IMG/VR virus record: IMGVR_UViG_3300006086_000002
Origin: a virus
Strand: one strand, 5' to 3'
DNA: 39,293 bases
Part shown: positions 17,993 through 24,860 of the stretch, one piece after another
How positions within the stretch are numbered: position 1 is the first letter of the stretch
How the letters are laid out: every line of letters starts with the position of its first letter
Notes under the pieces: model-generated
Databases searched by the model: none
What the model saw: the letters and a program-made list of their open reading frames with translations, nothing else
What the model was told of the DNA's origin: nothing
Position numbers and translations under genes: made by a program

Positions 17993-18471
17993 ACATCTAC
18001 TGGGTCATCGGCAAATATGTGGCTGTTGCTCTTATCGGCGCTGCTGGGTGTTATTGGGCCTACGCTATTCCTCGGGTTGCCGCTCTTAAGGAAGCATCGG
18101 CAAAGGCGGAAGCGGCTGCGGCTAAAGAGCGATCAACATTCCTAGAGGGAGCGAGAAATGAACAGGTCAGACTTCAAGGGCTGGTGGATGCGGCGAACCG
18201 GGCCGCTGACGACGCAAGAATGGCTCGTGATCGTGCTGCTTTCGATCTTGCTGCCGCTAATGCCAGGTTGCGCAACGCAAACAGCACCCTCTCAAATTAC
18301 CTTACAAGACTGCCCGAAGCCGCCAGTTGTCCAGTCTGTGAATCCTCCGCCGCAACCCTCGGGGACGTGGAGCAAAGAATGGCAGACTTTGGTGGACGAT
18401 GCAGCGCAGAGGTTGAAAGGCTTGGAGATTCCGTCCGATACTACGAAGAAGCCTTCGGAGTGAAGAAATGA
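17989..18471 (+). CDS. i-spanin (Rz-like)
   Basis: N-terminal TM (IYWVIGKYVAVALIGAAGCYWAYAI) followed by an Ala/Arg-rich coiled coil. The proposed TTG start at 17989 lies after GGAGGA; GTG at 18019 is an alternative. The upstream part of track ORF 17866.. overlaps the holin. Confidence 0.7.
   Translation: MNIYWVIGKYVAVALIGAAGCYWAYAIPRVAALKEASAKAEAAAAKERSTFLEGARNEQVRLQGLVDAANRAADDARMARDRAAFDLAAANARLRNANSTLSNYLTRLPEAASCPVCESSAATLGDVEQRMADFGGRCSAEVERLGDSVRYYEEAFGVKK
18158..18463 (+). CDS. o-spanin (Rz1-like lipoprotein), fully embedded in the +1 frame of the i-spanin gene
   Basis: RBS GAGGGAG upstream. The signal peptide ends in LLPLMPG|C (a lipobox-like cysteine) and the mature part is proline-rich (CPKPPVVQSVNPPPQPSG). 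Confidence 0.7.
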   Translation: MNRSDFKGWWMRRTGPLTTQEWLVIVLLSILLPLMPGCATQTAPSQITLQDCPKPPVVQSVNPPPQPSGTWSKEWQTLVDDAAQRLKGLEIPSDTTKKPSE

Positions 18472-18923
18472 ATGGTAATCGCCCGCCGAGACCATGGAAA
18501 AAAGAAACTAGGATTAGACATTTATTGCTAGGAAAAATTATCACAGAAAATGGATGTTGGATAAATCATCGCAAACCTCGTGAAGATGGGTATGTATCTA
18601 GAAATGGCTCTTATCAGCATAGGATTTCATATGAACTTTTAGTTGGAGAAATTCCACATGGAAAGCATATAGACCATCTATGTAGAAATAGGGCCTGTTT
18701 CAATCCAGAACATCTTGAGCCTGTTGAGCCTGCGGAGAATCTTCGAAGGGGGTTATCTTCACAATCTTCAAGGATCCGCGCTACGTATAGAACGCATTGT
18801 CCAAACGGACATGAATACACTGATAGTAATAAAGGAGTATGGACTGGCGGTACAAAAAGATGCAAAACATGCCAAAGATACAGGCAGATAAAATATAGGG
18901 CTTCCTTAAGGGCTGCATCATGA
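18468..18923 (+). CDS. HNH homing endonuclease
   Basis: HIDHLCRNRACFNPEHLEPVEPAENLRR is the DHxCxNxxCxNPxHL HNH signature. The segment is visibly more A/T-rich than its flanks. Confidence 0.85.
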   Translation: MNGNRPPRPWKKETRIRHLLLGKIITENGCWINHRKPREDGYVSRNGSYQHRISYELLVGEIPHGKHIDHLCRNRACFNPEHLEPVEPAENLRRGLSSQSSRIRATYRTHCPNGHEYTDSNKGVWTGGTKRCKTCQRYRQIKYRASLRAAS

Positions 18924-19192
18924 GTTTTAATACTGGATTTGTTCATGGGTTCGCTATCGCATTGGACTACTGTCTAGATCTCTTACTATTTTGGCGGCGC
19001 GCCATCCCCATGACGGTATCTAGCCAAGCGGGGTTAGCCCTGCTTCGTGGGGAGAGGACGACGGCTTTAGCTCTCCTTGGTCGGGCGTTAAATACCATCA
19101 GTCCGGGACATACTGACGCAGCAATTGAAGCGGATAAGATGCGACTGGATAATGCCCTTCTCGAACTGGAACACCCACAGGAGAGCCACTAA
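18920..19192 (+). CDS. Hypothetical protein
   Basis: 90-aa ORF with an ATGA overlap to the upstream gene. Confidence 0.5.
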   Translation: MSFNTGFVHGFAIALDYCLDLLLFWRRAIPMTVSSQAGLALLRGERTTALALLGRALNTISPGHTDAAIEADKMRLDNALLELEHPQESH

Positions 19193-19617
19193 TGGATGCA
19201 AACAATGACGTTGTTAAGGCCCATGCGCAGATCATCGAGAACGCCGGGAAGGCGATTGCCGACCATGCGGATGAGGCAAGGCACGATTCCAAGCCGGTAA
19301 GCACGGAAGCCGTCCAGGCGCATGTAGACGCCGCCAAGAAGGCCGCATCGGATCTACAGGCCCATGTTGATTCCACCAAGCCCCCGCCCGTTGCACAACC
19401 CGTTGAACAGCCCAAGATCGTTGAACATCCCGCAGAGCAGCCCAAGGAAGCCCCCAAGGCGGTCGCTCCGGCAAAGCCTGCCGTCACCAAGCCGGTCCCC
19501 GTGAGCATTGCGGGGCAAGCGGCGGCTAGTCATGCCTCGGATACCATCAAGATTGCTGTTGGCGTGGCGCTTGGTGGGGCGGCTCTTTTTGCGGCTTACT
19601 GGTTCGGTATCAAGTGA
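19192..19617 (+). CDS. Hypothetical tail-anchored membrane protein with Pro/Ala/Lys-rich linker
   Basis: 141 aa with a C-terminal TM (IAVGVALGGAALFAAYWFGI) and a PPPVAQPVEQPKIVEHPAEQPKEAPKAVAPAKPAVTKPVP linker. Confidence 0.6.
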   Translation: MDANNDVVKAHAQIIENAGKAIADHADEARHDSKPVSTEAVQAHVDAAKKAASDLQAHVDSTKPPPVAQPVEQPKIVEHPAEQPKEAPKAVAPAKPAVTKPVPVSIAGQAAASHASDTIKIAVGVALGGAALFAAYWFGIK

Positions 19618-19860
19618 GTGGACAAAAAGGCGATTGCGCCTGATTTATGGATGATGACGGCCCGGCAGCTTGCGGAAAGCGCGGCTGCCGAGATCGTCAA
19701 GAGGTCATCCCGTATTGTAGGGAAAGGGCCTTTCACATATGATCGCAGGATTGACCTTTACCGGGAAATGGTGGTTAAGGATCCGATCATGAAGATGGAT
19801 GCGAAGGTCCGGGTGCGCGTCCGGTTCACCGTGGAGACCCCGCCATATTCGGAGAGCTAG
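19618..19860 (+). CDS. Hypothetical protein (GTG start)
   Basis: 80-aa ORF starting directly after the upstream TGA. Confidence 0.5.
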   Translation: MDKKAIAPDLWMMTARQLAESAAAEIVKRSSRIVGKGPFTYDRRIDLYREMVVKDPIMKMDAKVRVRVRFTVETPPYSES

Positions 19861-19862
19861 CC

Positions 19863-20255
19863 GTGCATCTGACTGCCGGTATTTTGCGCGCTACGTATGA
19901 CCGGCTAAGGATGTTCAAGCCATTTAACAGGTGGGATCTCCCGCCGGGCTCCAATATCAAGTTCACCATGGTCGAGTCCGTGGACTTCATCGCTAGGGCT
20001 TCCGACAAACCGCTGACCATCGAGTTTTCCAAGCCTAGATCATGGACGCTTGCAACGCTGGATAGGACTATGGCCCATGAAATGATCCATATCCGCCAGC
20101 TTGTTAAGGGGACGCTGGGAAAGTCGGAGGACAGCCACCACAACCGGGAGTTCCACAGGATGAGCCAGCCGATATGTAAAGAGCTAGAGTTCGCAGATAT
20201 CAAGCCCAGAAAAGAAAAGCCATTCCAATTTGGTTCGACAAGCAGAAAGAGATAG
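19863..20255 (+). CDS. SprT-like zinc metallopeptidase domain protein
   Basis: The HExxH motif in LDRTMAHEMIHIRQL is followed by SHHNREFHRM, as in the SprT family. GTG start. Confidence 0.65.
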   Translation: MHLTAGILRATYDRLRMFKPFNRWDLPPGSNIKFTMVESVDFIARASDKPLTIEFSKPRSWTLATLDRTMAHEMIHIRQLVKGTLGKSEDSHHNREFHRMSQPICKELEFADIKPRKEKPFQFGSTSRKR

Positions 20256-20434
20256 AGGTTTACGCTTTGGCGGACAGGCTAACCAAGGAAACTGGGGTAC
20301 AGCATGAGGTAGATCATATCGTCCCATTGATTAGCGATAAGGTCTGCGGTCTTCATTGGCACGGAAACCTTCGTGCCATTCCACGGAAAGAAAACAGGAA
20401 AAAAACCAATAGGCATTGGCCGGATATGCCGTGA
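20180..20434 (+). pseudogene. HNH endonuclease core ORF with no ATG/GTG start, in the -1 frame relative to the SprT-like gene (pseudogene or frameshift-expressed extension)
   Basis: The frame is open from 20180 and reads RRYQAQKRKAIPIWFDKQKEIEVYALADRLTKETGVQHEVDHIVPLISDKVCGLHWHGNLRAIPRKENRKKTNRHWPDMP*. This is the HVDHIxPL...GLH...NL...N..K.N HNH pattern. The only in-frame start-like codon is TTG at 20267. The stop overlaps the next ATG (TGATG at 20432-20436). Confidence 0.5.
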
Positions 20435-20688
20435 TGATCTACTTTCTGGCATGGGGAGCCTCGGTCGGCTTGGTGTTCCTCAAAAGTTTCCAGCAGCAAT
20501 CAGTGACCTATGAGCGATTCCGCTGGATTCCCCCGGCATCCTACGGTCTGGCAGCTTTCGAGCTATACCTATGGTCCCGTGCCCCTACCGCTAACTGGAA
20601 GATATGGGCGGCGATAGGAACCGGGGCGTGGATGGGGAGTATAGGGGCGATTTTGCTGCATAAGCGGCTCAGGACTTCAACTCCCTGA
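20434..20688 (+). CDS. Hypothetical small membrane protein (3 predicted TM)
   Basis: MIYFLAWGASVGLVFL..., ...SYGLAAFELYLW... and ...IWAAIGTGAWMGSIGAILL. This is the last gene of the rightward block. Confidence 0.6.
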   Translation: MIYFLAWGASVGLVFLKSFQQQSVTYERFRWIPPASYGLAAFELYLWSRAPTANWKIWAAIGTGAWMGSIGAILLHKRLRTSTP

Positions 20689-20821
20689 TCGCCTTAGCGA
20701 ACTCATCCCGCGTGCTGCCGATGTCCTTTTCGGTCTGCTCGATGAGGCGAGCGGCGGCTTCGAGGCCGTCGTTATGTGCCCACACGATTTCTTGCTGGAA
20801 CTCGTCATAGGTCATCTGCAT
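20669..20821 (-). CDS. Hypothetical small protein (50 aa); last gene of the leftward block
   Basis: Product MQMTYDEFQQEIVWAHNDGLEAAARLIEQTEKDIGSTRDEFAKAIRELKS. The ATG overlaps the upstream TAA (TAATG). It is below the ORF-track size cutoff. Confidence 0.5.
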   Translation of the reverse strand: MQMTYDEFQQEIVWAHNDGLEAAARLIEQTEKDIGSTRDEFAKAIRELKS

Positions 20822-21243
20822 TACGATCCCTCCTTGCTCTTCAGTGCGCCGACAACTTCCTCGATTGCGGCCTCTAGCTCGTGGACTTGCGGCACAGGAC
20901 AGGTTCCAATATCAACCAAAGCTCCGGATAGCCGCGACGCGAAGATGTGGATATCGTCAACCAGCTTCCTCGCCATCGCCTTCTCGTATTCGACTGCCTT
21001 CGCCTGTAGCACCGCGTTATGCTGCTCTTGCGCGAGCTCGAGAGAGGCGATGCGGGAGCGGAGGGAGGCATTCTCTTGCTCTAGGCGCGCGTAGTTCGCT
21101 TCCACCAACTCGCGTCCGCTCATCATGGATGCTGTTTTGAGCGGTGGCTTCGGGCACGGCCCGCTGTAGCCGTGGAACTTGAACATTTCCTCCCCGAGCG
21201 GCATCGGCTCGCCGCAGAGGTCGCACTTTCCGTATTCGCTCAC
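20821..21243 (-). CDS. Hypothetical protein, N-terminal Cys-pair (zinc-ribbon-like) + coiled coil
   Basis: 140 aa with CDLCGEPMPLGEEMFKFHGYSGPCP followed by heptad-rich LEQENASLRSRIASLELAQEQ. Confidence 0.65.
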   Translation of the reverse strand: MSEYGKCDLCGEPMPLGEEMFKFHGYSGPCPKPPLKTASMMSGRELVEANYARLEQENASLRSRIASLELAQEQHNAVLQAKAVEYEKAMARKLVDDIHIFASRLSGALVDIGTCPVPQVHELEAAIEEVVGALKSKEGS

Positions 21244-22199
21244 TTCGGCGTCTCCTTCGCGGCAAGGGCGGCGCGGGCGATGTCCGCGTTGCTCATTAGG
21301 TTGTCTGCTGGTTGTCGTAGTCCGGCTACGATTTCCAGCGCATATCGAAGCCTGTCCCGCTCGGCCTCTAGCTCACGGCAGCGGGATTCTGCGGCTTCGG
21401 TGCGCTCCAACCATCGGGAAAAGTTGAACTTCTTCTCCAACTCCTCAATCCGCTCCGCCTCGGGGGAGGGGTGGGCTTCTTTGACGGCTTCAAGCGCTTC
21501 CTCAAATTCATCCCAGTAGTCCTGCGGCGCACCTCGCCCCATGCCGTCGGGGAAGTCGTACTCCTCGGCTTCAGAAGAAAGGCGTTCGCAAGCGGCGATT
21601 AACTTCGCCACCGGAGCAGCCTTCGCCTCGGGCTGCGCTGCGGGGACAACACCGGCGCATCCTGAGAACGGAGCGACTCCTGCCGTAGCCATGAACGCAA
21701 CCGATTCTCCGATTGCAGATTGCGAGTTGGGTGGAATGACCGGGCACGAACAGGTGAGAATGTGGCACCCGCTCATTATTCCTGCTTGGCACCGCTTCCA
21801 AACCGCCTCCCCCTGCGCTGCGGGTGGGGGAGGGACGCTGAGTTCTCGGACTTCTCTCCAAGCAGCGCACGAAGCACAGGCAGACTTCGGCTTCATCCCG
21901 CCATAGCAGCAGATCCCAACCGCCTCCCCCTGCACCGCAGGCGCTTCCTCGGCCATCATTGCTCGTATCCTCGTGCGTGCCTGCGCAATATGCTCTCTCA
22001 TCGCCGGGTCCTTCTCAAGTTCTGCCACAAACTCGTCGATCCCGATGGTGTTCGGCAACTCCGCAGGCGCTTCCTCCGGGGTGGAGAGAAACTTCCTCGT
22101 GCCTTCAATCATGGCCTTCCAGTTGGTGCCCCACGTTTCATGCGTGGACTCTTCTGCCGCCACGCACCATGCTTCCAGCAACCTCCGAGCTTCGTTCAT
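21240..22199 (-). CDS. Hypothetical Cys-rich early protein (319 aa)
   Basis: The start is placed at MNEARRLLEAW, after RBS AAGGAG. The longer track ORF (to 22265) overlaps the upstream gene. QGEAV is repeated and there are Cys clusters. Confidence 0.65.
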   Translation of the reverse strand: MNEARRLLEAWCVAAEESTHETWGTNWKAMIEGTRKFLSTPEEAPAELPNTIGIDEFVAELEKDPAMREHIAQARTRIRAMMAEEAPAVQGEAVGICCYGGMKPKSACASCAAWREVRELSVPPPPAAQGEAVWKRCQAGIMSGCHILTCSCPVIPPNSQSAIGESVAFMATAGVAPFSGCAGVVPAAQPEAKAAPVAKLIAACERLSSEAEEYDFPDGMGRGAPQDYWDEFEEALEAVKEAHPSPEAERIEELEKKFNFSRWLERTEAAESRCRELEAERDRLRYALEIVAGLRQPADNLMSNADIARAALAAKETPK

Positions 22200-22495
22200 T
22201 GCGGCTCCTTTCCTGCGATTTCCTCTGCGCGGCGGATGATCGCGGCGGCGCACTGATCCACCCACCCGCGAGCGAACGCAGCGGCGATGCTTTCATTGCC
22301 AGCCGTTTGCTCGTTCTGTGCCTCGCACACCTTAGCCGCCTCACGCATCCCGGCCACGAACGCAGCGCGGCGGATGTCGCAGACCAACTTGTTTACGCCT
22401 GCATCCAGCATCCAGCCTTCCGGCAGCGGCACAATCTCTTCTAGGTTCATTCCTTGCTCCTCATGGATCTCGCAGACGCGCCACGCACGCCTCAT
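22196..22495 (-). CDS. Hypothetical early protein
   Basis: 99 aa from ATG 22495 (ATGA overlap, RBS AAGGAG). ATG 22450 (RBS GAGGAG) is an alternative start. Confidence 0.55.
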   Translation of the reverse strand: MRRAWRVCEIHEEQGMNLEEIVPLPEGWMLDAGVNKLVCDIRRAAFVAGMREAAKVCEAQNEQTAGNESIAAAFARGWVDQCAAAIIRRAEEIAGKEPQ

Positions 22496-22668
22496 TCCTT
22501 ACTCCTTGCGATCTCTTCGCGGATGATCTGGCGGATTCGGTCCTCGGTGAGCGCGGAAGGCATGTGCAGCCACGCATGCTCTGTCCATTGCCTACCGGGG
22601 ATCGGCTCCTGACACTTCTCGCAGTACATATACCAATTGCTCGCGCTACCCCCATGCTCGACTGTCAT
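22492..22668 (-). CDS. Hypothetical small protein (58 aa)
   Basis: Product MTVEHGGSASNWYMYCEKCQEPIPGRQWTEHAWLHMPSALTEDRIRQIIREEIARSKE, with an ATGA overlap to the methyltransferase stop. I prefer it to the Arg-rich track ORF 22461..22655. Confidence 0.55.
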   Translation of the reverse strand: MTVEHGGSASNWYMYCEKCQEPIPGRQWTEHAWLHMPSALTEDRIRQIIREEIARSKE

Positions 22669-23318
22669 GCGAACATCCTTTGCTGGCGTTGCGCGCGCTC
22701 GATCCGTTCGTAAGCGATGTCAAAATACTTCGGCTCGATTTCGATACCGATGAATTTGCGGCCAAGGTTCATGCAGGCGACTCCCACCGACCCGCTACCC
22801 ATGTACGGATCGAGGATCGTTTGCGACTCCGGCAAATACTTGACGCACCATTCGTATAGGGCAACAGGTCTTTCGCACGGATGATCGGACTCCGCTTGAT
22901 GGGTTACTGTGAAGTTCGTCCACGGAATCCTGACAATCTCTGTTTTCTGGAAGTGCGTGCAGCTGGCAATGTCCGCCTTGCTGAAATTCGGCATTGATTG
23001 AGCCTTGTCCCACACAATTGCCCCCCCGCGATCCTCAAAGCAATTGAAGAAGTTTGCTCCCCATACGATCCGGTGCTTGGAAATTTGCTGGATCAATCGG
23101 AAGAACTCAGGCGGCGGGGGATGGTCATTCCATTCAACCTTCTTCCCTTTGGCCGCTCCGCGCCCCATCAACCTGCCGGTTGACTGGACAAAGTTCCCGA
23201 CCCCAAATGGAGGATCAGTAATCACCGCATCCACGTTAGGAAGCATCGGCAGAATCTCCATGCAATCGCCCAGGTACAGCGTCGCATTGCCGATGACCTC
23301 CCGACGCTCGACTGTCAT
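22665..23318 (-). CDS. DNA methyltransferase (N6-adenine/N4-cytosine, beta-class, N6_N4_Mtase family)
   Basis: The catalytic motif IV (ITDPPFGVG) precedes the AdoMet motif I (ILDPYMGSGSVGVACMNLGRKFIGIEI). This order is typical of beta-class amino-methyltransferases. Confidence 0.9.
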   Translation of the reverse strand: MTVERREVIGNATLYLGDCMEILPMLPNVDAVITDPPFGVGNFVQSTGRLMGRGAAKGKKVEWNDHPPPPEFFRLIQQISKHRIVWGANFFNCFEDRGGAIVWDKAQSMPNFSKADIASCTHFQKTEIVRIPWTNFTVTHQAESDHPCERPVALYEWCVKYLPESQTILDPYMGSGSVGVACMNLGRKFIGIEIEPKYFDIAYERIERAQRQQRMFA

Positions 23319-23390
23319 TCACGGCCTCCAATATGCTGCGGGTTCATTCTGCGGAGCGCAGGGGGCGGTGCACCTCGAACAGGTCGGGGG

Positions 23391-23714
23391 TCATGTCTGC
23401 GGCCCGTCCGCCTTGGACTTGCGCATCATTTCTTCGCCTGCATCGCCTAATTTGCAGGCCTCCACGTTGTACATGTACTCGGTGCCGTCCGACCACCGAA
23501 CGTGAAGCTTGCCATAGGCAAAATCCCAACACCCGCGCAATACCTGTCCCTCATTGCTGGTTGTATAAAAGAGACGGCTATTGACTGCGCATTCCGGGAC
23601 CTTTTCGTCCGTTGCCACCATCAGGGTATTCATCTTGTTGGCGCACAGTAGGATCTGTCCTGCCTGGGCAGAACCAAAAGCGAGGGCAAGTGTCATAGCT
23701 AGAGCGCGTTTCAT
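23391..23714 (-). CDS. Hypothetical secreted/periplasmic protein
   Basis: 107 aa with a signal-peptide-like N-terminus (MKRALAMTLALAFGSAQA|GQ) and four Cys residues. Confidence 0.65.
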   Translation of the reverse strand: MKRALAMTLALAFGSAQAGQILLCANKMNTLMVATDEKVPECAVNSRLFYTTSNEGQVLRGCWDFAYGKLHVRWSDGTEYMYNVEACKLGDAGEEMMRKSKADGPQT

Positions 23715-23932
23715 CGTCCTGGTCCTTTCCAGCAGGAAACCGTTCCGTCCTGAAGATCCATGTAGGCTACCGATCCCTTATCCCTGCACTCGGCAGCCAT
23801 CTTTTCATTATGGGCAAATACGATAGCGATTCCATCGTTCTTGCCGACCCAGTTACCCCACGCAAACCCTATGCATAGGGTAATTAAGCCGACAATGAAG
23901 CCCATGGTGATGATCCCGGTTTCCTCTTTCAT
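23711..23932 (-). CDS. Hypothetical single-pass membrane protein
   Basis: 73 aa with TM segment IITMGFIVGLITLCIGFAWGNWV. ATGA overlaps on both sides. Confidence 0.6.
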   Translation of the reverse strand: MKEETGIITMGFIVGLITLCIGFAWGNWVGKNDGIAIVFAHNEKMAAECRDKGSVAYMDLQDGTVSCWKGPGR

Positions 23933-24093
23933 CGCCAGTCTGCCGGTTCTAGCCTGCGGGCGGCGGCCTGGATCTGCTTATTTTGCTGCGCCAGGACGAC
24001 GTGCAGGCGGTTATCCATGAACTCCAGCATCTGCTCCATCCGAGCGAGACGTTGGGCCATGGCAGAGAAAAGCTCCAGTTCATGCGCGGTCAT
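23929..24093 (-). CDS. Hypothetical small protein (54 aa)
   Basis: Product MTAHELELFSAMAQRLARMEQMLEFMDNRLHVVLAQQNKQIQAAARRLEPADWR, with ATGA overlaps to both neighbours. It is below the ORF-track cutoff. Confidence 0.5.
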   Translation of the reverse strand: MTAHELELFSAMAQRLARMEQMLEFMDNRLHVVLAQQNKQIQAAARRLEPADWR

Positions 24094-24281
24094 GACACCA
24101 CCTCAAGCTTCTTCTGCTCCGGGTCCGTGGTGAAGCTCACGGAGATGCCATCATAGGTGGTATGGCGGAAGTTGGTGATCCGCGTACCTTCCGGGAGAAT
24201 GTCCATGATCGCTCCGAGGAGGATGCTTTCCACCACGGAATGCGAGAGCGTCATTGTGTTGGTGCCGGGGAACTTGTCCAT
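24090..24281 (-). CDS. Hypothetical small protein (63 aa)
   Basis: The start is placed at MDKFPG, after GAGGA. The longer track ORF would overlap the upstream gene. Confidence 0.5.
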   Translation of the reverse strand: MDKFPGTNTMTLSHSVVESILLGAIMDILPEGTRITNFRHTTYDGISVSFTTDPEQKKLEVVS

Positions 24282-24288
24282 GTTGTCC

Positions 24289-24531
24289 TCAGAAAGGGAT
24301 GTCCGAGTCGTCGTAATCGGCTTTTGCCGGGGCTGCTGGCTTCGCTGATGCATCCTTCGGGCGGAAAGACAGGGAGATGAACTTGCTGCCGTCCTTCCCC
24401 GTTTTCGTCCAACCGGATAGCCAGTATTCGACCCCGGCTACCTCGCACTTGCCGGATAGGTTAGGGTCGGAATCCTTCTGCTTGCGGTCATTCTTTCCAA
24501 GTGTCCCGGAATTGGGATATTTGCTTGCCAT
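24289..24531 (-). CDS. Small protein with SSB-type acidic C-terminal tip (..DYDDSDIPF)
   Basis: 80 aa ending in DDSDIPF, compared with bacterial SSB ..DFDDDIPF. The N-terminal ~55 aa are too short for a canonical OB-fold SSB. It lies two genes downstream of erf. Confidence 0.65.
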   Translation of the reverse strand: MASKYPNSGTLGKNDRKQKDSDPNLSGKCEVAGVEYWLSGWTKTGKDGSKFISLSFRPKDASAKPAAPAKADYDDSDIPF

Positions 24532-24860
24532 TACGTCACCTTTTCCATTGCTCTAGCGTTTGCATTCTGGCTCTGCCAGACCCTGATCTTTGCCTCTGCC
24601 GTCACCATCAACCACCGGAACTTCTCATCCGCTTCCACCGCTTCCCGCAACGCCTCCAGGTGCATCTTGTAATCCGGGTGGGCGTATGCCTCGACTTCCT
24701 GTGCGTTGACGCTGGTAGCTGCGGATTTCTTCATCAGGAGAGCCTTCAGCGTCTTGCGGTATTCCTCGATGTAGACCCGCTCTGCCCTGGCCTTGGCCGC
24801 TGGTACGGCAGACTTGGCTAGCCATTCCAGAACCTTGTCCAGGGAATCCTCGGTAATCAA
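24531..24860 (-). CDS. Hypothetical protein (109 aa, proposed TTG start overlapping the erf stop)
   Basis: Only the part of track ORF 24531..25295 downstream of the erf stop looks protein-like (ITEDSLDKVLEWLAKSAVPAAKARAERVYIEEYRKTLKALLMKK...). The upstream part is an Arg/Gly-rich alternate frame of erf. A TTGA overlap lies at 24857-24860. Confidence 0.45.
   Translation of the reverse strand: MITEDSLDKVLEWLAKSAVPAAKARAERVYIEEYRKTLKALLMKKSAATSVNAQEVEAYAHPDYKMHLEALREAVEADEKFRWLMVTAEAKIRVWQSQNANARAMEKVT

Noticed and set aside
22461-22655. The 64-aa minus-strand track ORF between the methyltransferase gene and 22196..22495
   Set aside because: Its sequence is Arg/Ser-rich and has no RBS. The alternative frame 22492..22668 gives a normal-looking 58-aa protein with ATGA coupling at both ends.
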